Source: Blastocystis sp. Blastoise
Taxonomy: Eukaryota > Protista > Bigyra: Opalinata
DNA: 64,000 bases
Direction of reading: 5' to 3'
Assembly (NCBI GenBank): GCA_039096225.1
Contig: JBBPEB010000014.1
Coordinates: forward strand, 2,323,978-2,387,977
Shown: positions 52,130 to 64,000 of the stretch, in pieces
How the letters are laid out: each line of letters opens with the position of its first letter
How positions within the stretch are numbered: the first letter of the stretch is position 1
Program-made: the position numbers and the translations under genes
The notes under the pieces: generated by a model
Told to the model about the DNA's origin: nothing
The model's input: the letters and a program-made list of their open reading frames with translations, nothing else
Database searches by the model: none

Positions 52130-53620
52130 ATGGTGAAAGAGAGTGTAGAATTTGATACTGATAAGATAGGTGATATTCAGAAGGATGTAATTCATTTTGA
52201 AAGACTGATTGGTGATTTGATTGGTATTTTAAGTAAGTCAATAAGTTTCTGTATTCATTCAAGTGAATCTATAAATGAATTAGTAAAGCAATCCGTAAGA
52301 AATTGTGAAGGAATGAATGATAAGAATGGTGATGATCCAAGTATAATTATCCAAGAATCTTCATATATTCATGAATGTGATACTACTATGAATAATAATG
52401 ATAATGGAATTGATTATATTCGGTTTACAAGTAATGGTCCAGTTTATTCTCTTCCTAAAAGAATAACAAATAGTTTAGTAGGTAGTTTCATTTATGAAGC
52501 TTCTCAAGAAGATCAGAGAAGTATTGATGGTACTATATTTTTTGATTATCATGGTGATGAAACACTTTTTCCTTTATTAATTGATTCTTTAATGAATAAG
52601 AAAGTGAATATTGATAAATTGGAATTAGGTGATCAACTTGATTTATTAAGAATGTTTGATTATTGTAATTTACCTATGCCTGAAGAATTTGTAAAATATC
52701 CATATAGATTTAGAAATAATCATGTAGTGAAACAATATAAAGAAAGTGATGATATTATTCTATATATAAATGATAATAAAGATGATACATTAAGAGATTA
52801 TTGGAAGAATAATGGATTATGGAATAAGATTGCTAGTGAATATGATGATGGATATGTAGATTATGATGAGAAGAATAATGAAATGTTTATGAAGATAAAT
52901 TTTGAATATATTGATTATATTTATGAATATATAAAGACTTATCATATTTACATTTCTGAAGAAGAAACAAAGACTATAAATAAAGAATTATTAGAGAATG
53001 AAATGTATAATTTATTTGGTGATAAAGGAAAAGAAAAGGTAAAAGAAGGAATGGAACAAGGATGGTTTAAAGGAAGTAATATTATTTTTAATAAAGTATT
53101 AGACACTTCATTAGTGAATTGGCTTGGTAAAGAAAAGAAATGGAAATTATTATTTAGAGCAAGTGAACATGATTATTCTGCAAGTGAATTTCATAGATAT
53201 TGTGATAATAAAGGAGAAACAGTAACTATAATTGAACATATTGGCCATAATGATCATATTAATATATTTGGAGGATATACAAATCAAAGTTGGGCTGATT
53301 CAGGCTATAAATTCTATTCTAAAGGATTTCTCTTTACATTAACTAATGAACATGGTATTCCTCCTACTAAATATGATTATATAAATAGTGATAGAAGTAA
53401 AGCTATATATTGTTATTCTTCTTATGGTCCCATATTTGGAGGTGGTTATGACATCAAGATATCTGATCAATGTTATAGTAATACTGATTCTTATTGTAAT
53501 GCGCATTCTTATTCTGAAGTAAGTACTCCTCAAAAACATTCATTATTTGTGAATACTAATAATGCTAATTCTAATAATAGTTTTACAGTAGAAGATTATG
53601 AAGTCTGGGGAAGAGCATAA
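52130..53620 (+). CDS. Family B paralog 2: BTB-like plus TLDc protein, no coding intron
   Basis: Uninterrupted ORF with all TLDc motifs, ending VEDYEVWGRA*. Confidence 0.92.
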   Translation: MVKESVEFDTDKIGDIQKDVIHFERLIGDLIGILSKSISFCIHSSESINELVKQSVRNCEGMNDKNGDDPSIIIQESSYIHECDTTMNNNDNGIDYIRFTSNGPVYSLPKRITNSLVGSFIYEASQEDQRSIDGTIFFDYHGDETLFPLLIDSLMNKKVNIDKLELGDQLDLLRMFDYCNLPMPEEFVKYPYRFRNNHVVKQYKESDDIILYINDNKDDTLRDYWKNNGLWNKIASEYDDGYVDYDEKNNEMFMKINFEYIDYIYEYIKTYHIYISEEETKTINKELLENEMYNLFGDKGKEKVKEGMEQGWFKGSNIIFNKVLDTSLVNWLGKEKKWKLLFRASEHDYSASEFHRYCDNKGETVTIIEHIGHNDHINIFGGYTNQSWADSGYKFYSKGFLFTLTNEHGIPPTKYDYINSDRSKAIYCYSSYGPIFGGGYDIKISDQCYSNTDSYCNAHSYSEVSTPQKHSLFVNTNNANSNNSFTVEDYEVWGRA

Positions 53621-53992
53621 AATAGGATAATAAATTATTAATTTTTTATTTCTATCTTTATATATATTTTTTCTTTTTTTTTATTGAAAAAACTTTTTTC
53701 AATATATATATATTATTTTTCATAAATTAAATATATAAAAGTAGTTTTGTTAATTGTCTTATAACTGTAATTCAATTATTAAAAGTTTATTAATAGTAAT
53801 CAATATATAATTTTTTAGGAATAAAAAAATATCCTTTTATTAGAAATACTTTATATAAATATATCTATTTTATGGATATATTAAAAATAAGATATAAATT
53901 CTAAGAATAAATCAATAAAACATATGTAGGATAAGAATTACAAGAAAGAAATATCAATACATTCTAATCTATTTAAGTATGTTATATATATA

Positions 53993-56318
53993 GGTGATCA
54001 TACAGATCAATGTGATATCGAATTTCAAATTGAATTACTTCATTTCTTTACAAGAACTCATTTCCCAAAGTTATCTATATATGATCTTAGTAATTATTAT
54101 TGTTGTTGTCCGTACGATATTCGATCCAGATTCGCCAAATATTTAGTACGGTATTCACTTTTAGAATTAATAGATATAATATATATAAAGCATTCAAACT
54201 TATATAAGAATACATTTCCTATAAATGTAGAATCATTAGAAACCATTTTTCAAGTGAAGAAACATCATGATATTACTATTCAATGTATATATATATATAT
54301 AATTATAATTATAAATAATAATAATAATAATAATAATATTTAGCATATATATTAATTGATAAATTTGATGAATTAATGAAAAGAGTATTATATTCAGGAT
54401 TATTAATTGATTATGACGTTTATTTTGATTGTATATTGTTATTTATATAAAATTATTCTATATTATTTATTTATATAGTTGATGATATATCTAAAAGTCT
54501 CAGTGATTATTCACTTATTGATTTGAACTTATATCCTGCTAAATTCATTGATATCGGTATATATTTATTTTATATAAATTATTTATATTAAAATAATATA
54601 TTTTGTTTTATTGAAATACTATATTTATGATAGCATATTCAATATTTAAAACTATATTATTTAAATTAATATACATAGAAGCTAATGTTACAAATTATAC
54701 TATATTACACAGGATAGAATGTATATATGAACGAATCAATTGTGATCATTTAGAAGCAATATCTATTCACTGTAATCCTTTATTATTCTTTTCTTTATAT
54801 ATATATATATATATATATAGTAATTGATATTATAGATGAAACAATAAATGAGTATTATAATGAATATATATCATTCTTATCAACATGTAATTATACTACT
54901 GTGAATAAATTAACAATAGGTATATGTAGCTAAACTTATAAACAATGAATATTGATTATATATAGATAAACATCAATCTTATTTTTCATCATTTGAAACA
55001 CCTAATTTACAATATACAAAGGAAATTAATGATGTTTTTTATAAATTCTTTTCGTTATTTACAAATAATATTCAACATATATAGATTTCAGGTATAAATA
55101 CTATTTATATTCTTATTTTAATATTAATTATAATTTACATATATATAGATTTTATTCTAGCAAGATATTTATTATTTTCAAAGGATACTATACAACTTCC
55201 TTTATGGTCTAATTTACAAGAATTATATCTTTATTTTAGTATAAAATATATGTGAATATCTATTCTATAATTAATGTTTATATATATAGATGATACTATA
55301 GAGAGTTTAAGTCTTACTCAATTTAATGAACTTGATAAAAGACAATTAAATAACTTGAAAATAGTATCTATTCTATGTCCTTGTATATATATTATATTCT
55401 ATTTTATACTAGAGTATTTTAGTGTTCTTATAATATTATTAATTATTTTATAATCTATATTTATATTATTACTGTTTCTTAATTATATAAATCTAATAAT
55501 TTTATACTAGATTATATATATATTCAATTATTTCAATTAATGAACTATATATTTTATTATTATATATAATATTATTTAGGTTCTATCTCGTTTGATGTGA
55601 CTCATATATATACATTTATTGATTCATTCAAAAACGCTTCTTTTTCTTCTTTTCAGAATCTTAATACGTTCAAAATATCAATTAAACCAATGTGTAAATA
55701 TATATTAATTAAATTAATTATTCTATTTATATACATATTTAACATTTTTTTCACTTTATTATTATTTTATATATATTAATAAGTTATATATATATAATAA
55801 TAACTAGAAATAATCAGGATTTTCCTATTCTATAGTTGGTGATAACACTATTGATATTCATCTACTTGAATCATTTCCATCTTTTTCTTTCTATTTACAT
55901 AAACCAATTACTTCTATTATTATGTGTAAATATATTTACTGTTTTAGTAACTCTATTTATTCCTATGAAAACTATATATATACTCAATTAAGCTCAAAGT
56001 ATTCAAAGAATATTCAATACTTAGAAATATGTATTTTTATTATGATTTATATATATGTTTGTAATATATATTTATTTTTTTAGTTATCTCAAATCATTCA
56101 GTATTCACAAATATTGTACAGTTAGTAGTAAAAGATACATTTCCATTCTTGAAGAAAATCAAACTATATTTATGCTGTATTTTTTTAATATAGAATTTAT
56201 AATATATATAGCATCATTTGATTTCAATGAAGAAGTGACATTATTACAATCTTATAATGATACTCACATATTTTATTGTGAAATTATTCAATGTCGTTTA
56301 CAAGATGATGATTATTAA
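53993..56318 (+). pseudogene. Apparently 5'-truncated, distant LRR-like multi-exon gene (Family A-like)
   Basis: Exons such as IEFQIELLHFFTRTHFPKLSIYDLS, LPLWSNLQELYL and FQNLNTFKI with GT-AG introns. Begins ~370 nt after the TLDc stop with no recognisable N-terminus. Confidence 0.5.
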
Positions 56319-56677
56319 AGTTATTATATATATTTTTTTATATGTATGCTATTTATTTATAGCTTTATTATAATGTTAATGGATATTTTGTAGAAATTTA
56401 TTGTAGTTATATTTGTTGTTTATAAAAAATATTATGTACAATTATTTATAAAAGTTTTTTGTAGAAATGTTATTTTGTAGTTTTAAATTTTTTATTCATT
56501 CTAAACTATTCAATAAAATAAATTTAAAATATTCATTAATAGACTATATTATATAAAATATATTGACTACTAATTAGAAAAAAAATATATATAACAAATA
56601 TAATAATTGATATAAAACAAAGTATATATAAATGAATGTCTATAAAAAGTGTGTTGCGAATATAAATATGCAACTAT

Positions 56678-58174
56678 TTAAATATAAATTCTTCCCCAGA
56701 CTTCATAATCTTCTACTGTAAAGTAATTATCGGTATTAGCACTATTAGTATTTACAAATAATGAAGATTTTTGAGGAGTATTTAGTTCAGAATAACGAGA
56801 TGCTTTACAAAAAGAACTATTATTATTATGACATTGATCAGATATATAGATATCAAAACCACTTCCAAATGTTGGACCATAAGAAGATTTACAATATATC
56901 GCATAACGTCTATCACTATCAGTATAATCATATTGAGTAGGAGTAATACCATGCTCATTACTTAATGTAAATAGAAATTCTTTAGAATAAGATTTCCAAC
57001 GATCTGAACAATCCCAACTTTGATCTGTATATCCTCCAAATATATTAATATTATTATTATGACCTATATGTTTTATTATAGTCACTGTTTCTCCTTTATT
57101 ATCACAATATTTATGAAATTCACTTATAGAATACTTATGCTCACTTGCTCTAAATAATAATTTCCATTTCTTTTCTTTACCAAGCCAATTTATTAAAGGT
57201 ATTTCCATTGAATAATTCATTATTATTTTTGTGCCAACAAAATATTGAGGAATCATCATTCCTTCTTTTACCTTTTCTTTTCCTTTATCACCAAATAAAT
57301 TATACATTTCATTTTCTAATAATTCTCTATTTATATTCTTTGTTTCTTCGTCAGATATATAAATACAATTATATTGAATATAATCATGAATTTGATTAAT
57401 ATATGTATAATTAATCTTCATATACATTTCATTATTCTCTTCATCATAATCTACATATCCATAGCAATATTCATTAACAATCTTATTCCATAATCCATTC
57501 TCCTTCCAATAATCTCTTAATATATCATCTTTCTTATCATTTATATAAAGAATAACATTATCACCTTCTTTATATGGTTTCACACCAAGATCTCTTTTAT
57601 AATAAACCTTCATTAATTCTTCAGGAATAGGTAATTCACAATATTCAAATAAATCTAATAAATTCATTTGATCTCTTACTTTCAATTTATCAATATTTAT
57701 TTTCTTATTCATTAAAGAATCAATTAATAAAGGAGCTACTGTTTCATCACCATGATAATCTAAATAAATGTCATCATCATTAGTTCTTTGATTTTCTTGA
57801 GAATTTTCATAAAGAAGACTACCTACTAAACTATTTGTTATTCTTTTAGGAAGAGAATAAACTGGTCCTGCATTCGTAAATCGAATATAATCAATTCCAT
57901 CATCATTATTATTCATAGTAGCATCATATTCATTCAGAAAAGAAGATTCTTGGATAATTATTTGTGGATCATCACCATTTTTATCATTCATTGCTTCACA
58001 ATATCTTATGGATTGTTTTACTAATTCATTTATAGATTCACCTGAATGAATACAAAAACTTATTGACTTACTTAAAATACCAATCAAATCACTAATCAGT
58101 CTTTCAAAATGAATTACATCCTTCTGAATATCACCTATCTTATCAGCATCAAATCCTACATTCTCTTTCACCAT
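56678..58174 (-). CDS. Family B paralog 3: BTB-like plus TLDc protein, no coding intron
   Basis: Uninterrupted ORF, MVKENVGFDADKIGDIQKD... to VEDYEVWGRIYI*. Confidence 0.92.
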   Translation of the reverse strand: MVKENVGFDADKIGDIQKDVIHFERLISDLIGILSKSISFCIHSGESINELVKQSIRYCEAMNDKNGDDPQIIIQESSFLNEYDATMNNNDDGIDYIRFTNAGPVYSLPKRITNSLVGSLLYENSQENQRTNDDDIYLDYHGDETVAPLLIDSLMNKKINIDKLKVRDQMNLLDLFEYCELPIPEELMKVYYKRDLGVKPYKEGDNVILYINDKKDDILRDYWKENGLWNKIVNEYCYGYVDYDEENNEMYMKINYTYINQIHDYIQYNCIYISDEETKNINRELLENEMYNLFGDKGKEKVKEGMMIPQYFVGTKIIMNYSMEIPLINWLGKEKKWKLLFRASEHKYSISEFHKYCDNKGETVTIIKHIGHNNNINIFGGYTDQSWDCSDRWKSYSKEFLFTLSNEHGITPTQYDYTDSDRRYAIYCKSSYGPTFGSGFDIYISDQCHNNNSSFCKASRYSELNTPQKSSLFVNTNSANTDNYFTVEDYEVWGRIYI

Positions 58175-59251
58175 TCCTAACAATAAAAGGAATAAAAGAA
58201 AAATGAAAGCCTTTTTGAATTAAAATTATGAAACTTTATTCTTTTATAGCCAAAAATTTGATAATAATCGCAAACAATTATAAAAGAACATATCTTTCAT
58301 AAATTCACGATTATGTTTGATTTAATGACTTGAATTTAAAAACTAATCATGATTTTTATTTAATTAACATTCATTCTTTTCATTTCCTTATTATTCAATG
58401 AATTTGAATTTATAGTAAGAATTACTTTATTTTATTACTTATAAATTGTTATGATTTACAAGAATAGCATTAAAATAAATCAAAATAAACACTTATTATC
58501 ATTCTTCATTCCATTAGTTGTGGTAATAAGTCTATTCTATATTGATTACTAATCACGATACTATGAGTGTTATTGATTCATATAGATGACTTCTGAATTC
58601 CTTTCTTTTATTTACATTTTGGTTTTTCATCTTCTTTATAAAATCTGTTTGATCATCAATTTATATTCAGTATTACTCAAATAATTTTAATTCACATGAA
58701 TCACTTATCTAGGTTATGATAATGATGCTTTTTGATAATTATTCCAATTGATTCCTATATTTGTGTTTTTATATATTTAATATATATAAATTATGTTTAT
58801 AATGAATTTCTCTATTCATTAAATATGACTTTATTTCCTGCAATGTTAATGTCCTTCACATTATTCGAAAATTCATTATCTTCTCTTTTCTTTTTTTAAA
58901 AGTAATGAATCATGATATATGGTATACTGTTAGAATTATTATATGAATAAGTATATTATCTCTTTCAAAACAGTTACTATAATCTATTTTTTAGTGTACC
59001 ATTCAAAAGTACATAATAAACAAAATAAAACCATGAATTCATAACAAATAATAATAAGACATTATATTAAAAATAAAAAAATATTAAAAAAACTAACATA
59101 TATAATTAATAATGGCTACTATTCCATTATTGTCAAATCAAATAATACATTTAGATATATATAATTAATTGAAATTTAAATTGATATTTTTTAAAAATAA
59201 TAAAATAAATATATACTACAAATAGCAACATAAAAAAACATATAAAAAAAT

Positions 59252-62200
59252 TTAATATATTTTTTTGAGTTTATACTTTACTTGATTTTCCTGAATAAAT
59301 GAAGAATTTTTTAATTGTTGCTCATATATATTTATTAATTCATCTGAAATATCATTACCTATATAAAACATTATCAATATGTATATATAGATATAATTGT
59401 ATTCTATATACGGTTATAAATGATAAACTCCCTCAATTTTGGGATTTTTCCAGTAGTTATAAAGTCGATCAATTTTGATAGGTTTTCCTTATAATGAATA
59501 TCTAGAAGAAAAAATAGTGAAGATTTCTAATATATAAATACTTATTTTAAAACTTTTTAAATATTTAGTTTTATTTTCATTTATGCAATCAAATAATGTT
59601 TCTATCTCATATTTATTCATCCCTTTATCTATATATATATAAATATAAATATGCTACTACAATAGTTATACTTTGAGAACCAACTAATGTATCTATAAAT
59701 GAATTCTTATCATATTTACATCGAAGAATAGAAGTATTAGAATCATAAATATATTTAGTATAATTAATATCTATAGAATCATAAAATTAATGAATATGAT
59801 AATATTATTTATATTAACTTACCCATTAATTGAATACTAGTTGATAATGGAAAGTTATTATGATTAATATACGTACATATCGTTTGAAAAAAATCTTTCA
59901 GCCAATCTTTATTCAATTTACCTATGAATATATATATATATTTAATAAAAATAATTATTATATAACAAAGAAATCAAACATAAAGATTTATGATGTATAA
60001 TATATTATTATTACTATTAATATATACAAATATCGATAGATTTCAATTTAGGGAAATTATCTATGGTATATAGTTCACAAAAGTTTTCATCTGGTATGTC
60101 ATTAATGTCTAGAATAATATTTATAAAGAAAGAAATTGATATAGTATATTGTATAATTAAAACATATACATACTTAAATATAGTTCAGTTGCATTATGAA
60201 AACAACCTTTGAGAATTAATCGATTTATAGCAGTCATATAGAAACCTAATAAAAATAATAAATTCAATTAATTAATTATTAGTATAAAAATTATATATAT
60301 ATATATATTACCTTTTATTCTAACAATAGAAGCCTTTGAAATTATTTTGTCCAATATATTCTCGAATACAGGTAAATATTCAGAGGTTAAGAATACGCTA
60401 ATAGAATTTACTATATATATATATTATAATATATATTAAAACATACAATCAATCGTTAATTCATGAAGAGAATTAATTTTATTATCATTAAATATATTTG
60501 ATATCCATTCTAAAGATTCTAAATTCATAATTCCATTAACTATATATATTATATAAAGTATAGTAATAATAATATATAAATAAAGAGTATACATGTAACA
60601 CTTAAATAGTTCAAATGTTGTAATATATTACTCTTTAAAAAGTTTTCTAAAGATTTTTTTGTATCTTCATTTATATAGTCTATAAATAAGTATATATATA
60701 TATATATATATATATTAAATGAATACATCCGAATGTAATACGTAAACGATCAATATTTTGATAATCATTCTCAAAATTATCTAATTTTTTGGTATTTATA
60801 AAATCAGAACTATCAACTTTATAGTATATGAATATATTTAATATATAACATATAAAAAAATATATTAAATATAAATAATAAACATTTATACTATCAAGTT
60901 TAGAAATAGAAATAAGATTCTTCTTAAGTAATGTCTTTAAATGTGGTAAAGAATAGATAAACGTATCTATATAAAAAAAGAAGAATTATATAGAGAATGT
61001 GATATTATTAACTACATATATACTATATAACTGTGTAGAAACTTCATCAATACGAATTGATTGAGTATAAACTAGATTATCCAAGAGATTAACTATTTCC
61101 TCCTTATCGTTGATACCAGGTCTATTTAATTTAATAGTATCAATTATAGACATTAAATCCATAGGAAACAAAAGCATAAAATTGTCAGTAGTTATTTCAC
61201 AATCGTAATTGATAATATGTAATTTTGGGAAACATTCTTTCTTTAACTTAGATAATAAAAATGATCCTATAATTATATTTACAATTATATTATATTACAT
61301 TATATTATTCATATATTTACGATTATCATAGATGAGTTCAGTAACATTTGGAAATACATGAGTTGCCATTATTTTATTAAATCGATTATAATCAATTTTA
61401 TCAGCTAATATTCTAACTATATTAAATAATAATATAGAGTAATAGTATTGTAATAATAACTAGACACAAATACTCCACGTTAAACTTAATGTAGTTAAAG
61501 AATCAAAATTACCCACTTCTAATGATTTTATAATAATCATAGCGTCATTTTCAGAATATGAATAAACTAATGTTTAATATTATATTTATAATGTATTTAT
61601 TTACATCCATTAAACTCGATTTCTGAAAGAGATAAATAAGAACAAAGTTGTAATAATTGAGACATACCCAATTTTGAAGATATTTCATCAATACTAATTA
61701 GTATATATATATAGAAGAATAAATTAATGATATCAAAAAATATATTTATGAACATACTACATTTTTTTATGCTTTTTATGATCTATATATATAAGAATTA
61801 TTAATGAAAATATTTTATTCTATATATATATGTACTATCAAATGTAATTCTAGCCATATCTTTAAATTTATTATAACAAGCCATGTCACTATTTTTAACT
61901 TTTGAATAATCATTTGTGTATATAGCTTCAGTAATAGTATTTCTATCCAATTTGGGTAATTGACTATTTTTTTTTCTTTTACTACCAGAAACAATCAAAT
62001 CATTAGAATAATATATAGGATTGGTATCTAAAGAAGAAATATTATTATATTTATTCATTTCAGATTCTGTGTAATAATCATATTCTTCAGGTTTATTTGT
62101 TTTAGAATCATCACTATAGGATTGACGAGCAGATTTTATTTTATATTCATCACTTCTTTGATTCAATAATAATCCATTTTTTGTTTGTTTTGTTGTTACT

Positions 62201-62365
62201 ATTATTATTAATAATAGTCATTATATGATATATATATATATATATATATATATACCATATATTATTAATTCTTCTAATGAAGGGAATATATCTTGAATAC
62301 ATGATGGACATATATATTCTAATGGAATATTTGATGCATAATCATCTATATTATTATTATTTATA

Positions 62366-62396
<31 letters not shown>

Positions 62397-63022
62397 CATT
62401 CAATTCTAATATTAGTAATATTTATCATCTTAAAAAGAAGAGAATAATAAAATAATTTATCTTTTCGTTGAGGTGTCAATAATCCTATATATATATTATT
62501 TGTAAAGAATAATATAAAACTACCTTTCATGATTATTTTTTTCTTAATTGTGTTAAATAGATCTATAGGAGTATCATATAACAGTCTTTTAGTTGTATCT
62601 CCTTCAAATATCTCATAATTATTTTCTTTAAAATATTCAATAAATAATTCTTTAATATGGAAGACTAAATCACTTTGAATTTCATCATCAAGTCTAGCTG
62701 AATATTCATAAAGTGTTTTATATATATCATAACTTTCTTGTAGATTTAAAGAAGAAATATCTTTATTTTCATCATTAAAAAAGGAAACCACTTTTTCCAT
62801 ATGAAAAGGAAGCATATCTATATAATAGCTGCCATCATCATATTTTTCAGAGTGTTGAATAATATCATGAAATAATGATTGAGTATTCTTCTTAATAAAT
62901 TCTCCAGGAATCCACAACTGCGTCTCATCTTGAAATGTAAATAAATCTATACATAAATTAATTTTTTTCATTCATATTCAAATACATTTTTCTTCAGTTA
63001 ATTCGGCTACACTTTCTGACAT
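59252..63022 (-). CDS. Family A paralog 3: BTB-like/LRR-like multi-exon protein
   Basis: ATG at 63022 (MSESVAE). LFTFQDETQLWI...DGSYYIDM, NIPLEYICPSCIQDIFPSL and THVFPNVTELIYD. TAA at 59252-59254. Confidence 0.8.
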
Positions 63023-64000
63023 GGCTTTTTAAACTAAATAAATATGAGGATCACAAAATGATATAGAAAAATAACAATATTTTATATATATAATATGTAG
63101 ATTCATGGAATTTACGGTGTTAAATAAGAAAATAATATTTATTTCAATTATTTAAGAATAATAAATAAAAAATTAATGTAGAATAAGTTTTTTCTCTCTT
63201 TTATCTCACTATTAGCTTTCTTCTAGTATTTCTTTTTTTTATAGTCACAAAAATAAATCATGATTATTCTAAAATATATGCTTTATAATTATAGATTTCC
63301 CATGATTTAAAACAAAAATAATCATGATTTTTAATTTTTATTTATTATTTAGTTTAGATGTTAATTCAGTTGTTAAAATAAAAAATAGTTTTCATTAATT
63401 GAATTTATTAGGTTATATTGATTTCTCCTGATTTATTTAGAATATAATGAGGCCATAACAAGGTAATTATTGAGAATCAGCTTCAATTATATTTATTTCC
63501 AGTTAATTTATTATTTACATTATGTTACTATAACTATAATAAATAATATCGCATTATTTTAAAATCAAATTATTCTTCTTTATTTCCATTTGGAAGAATT
63601 AACTTATAATAAACCAAGATTTTAAGCATCTAAATTGTTTAGAGAACTTAATAAAGTAGAATCAATATTTCTTTTTATTATTCTAATATAGAAGAAGTCA
63701 AAATTATCAAAATGATATCTTCAAAATATAATTATAATAGAATCTGATTGTAATTATAATGATATAATAATTGTCATTTAGTCTAATACTGTTATTTTTA
63801 AATAAAAGAGTTTTTTGTCTTTAAAACTATAAAAACAAGGAATAGTATGAACAATGTTTTTTTATTTATTAATATATATAGATTTGAGAAAAACTTAATT
63901 AATATTTATATCATAAAAAAACAATTCTTAAGCAACTAAAAAAATAAAATATAATTATATAGATAAAAAAATTTACTTTACTCTTTGTTTTCATTTTCAT

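Noticed and set aside
22642-58174. General reassignment of UGA (or UAA/UAG) to a sense codon
   Set aside because: Conserved Trp positions in all TLDc copies use TGG, a ~2,080-codon exon has no stops despite extreme AT bias, and genes end in TAA.
1-64000. Transposase/RT genes, CRISPR arrays, rRNA, and introner-like repeated AT-AC introns
   Set aside because: No such motifs were recognised. The six AT-AC introns share only splice signals, with no internal similarity or terminal repeats.

Overview
Extremely AT-rich, intron-dense eukaryotic nuclear DNA using the standard code. The gene families and short introns resemble a Blastocystis-like stramenopile; this is inference only. Contents: (1) a giant secreted PA14/fibro-slime, filamin/Ig-like and Cys-repeat gene on the - strand (<1-14683), with about 53 short GT-AG introns by hand count plus SIX U12-type AT-AC introns that share a divergent branch-point motif; (2) three copies of a two-gene cassette, a BTB-like/LRR-like gene followed by a BTB-TLDc gene, with intron presence/absence differences and mosaic sequence; (3) a large type-I membrane adhesin-like gene with a 6.2-kb exon and exact 420-bp repeats; (4) a ~12-kb tract of decayed genes (33.9-46 kb) containing a perfectly paired, linker-less tRNA-like cloverleaf with a UCA 'anticodon', a B-box and a T6 terminator (43443-43511, -); (5) GAC/GTC-rich islands upstream of genes. 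The two most notable signals are the cluster of minor introns in a single gene and the non-canonical UCA tRNA-like RNA. All exon models were assembled by hand.
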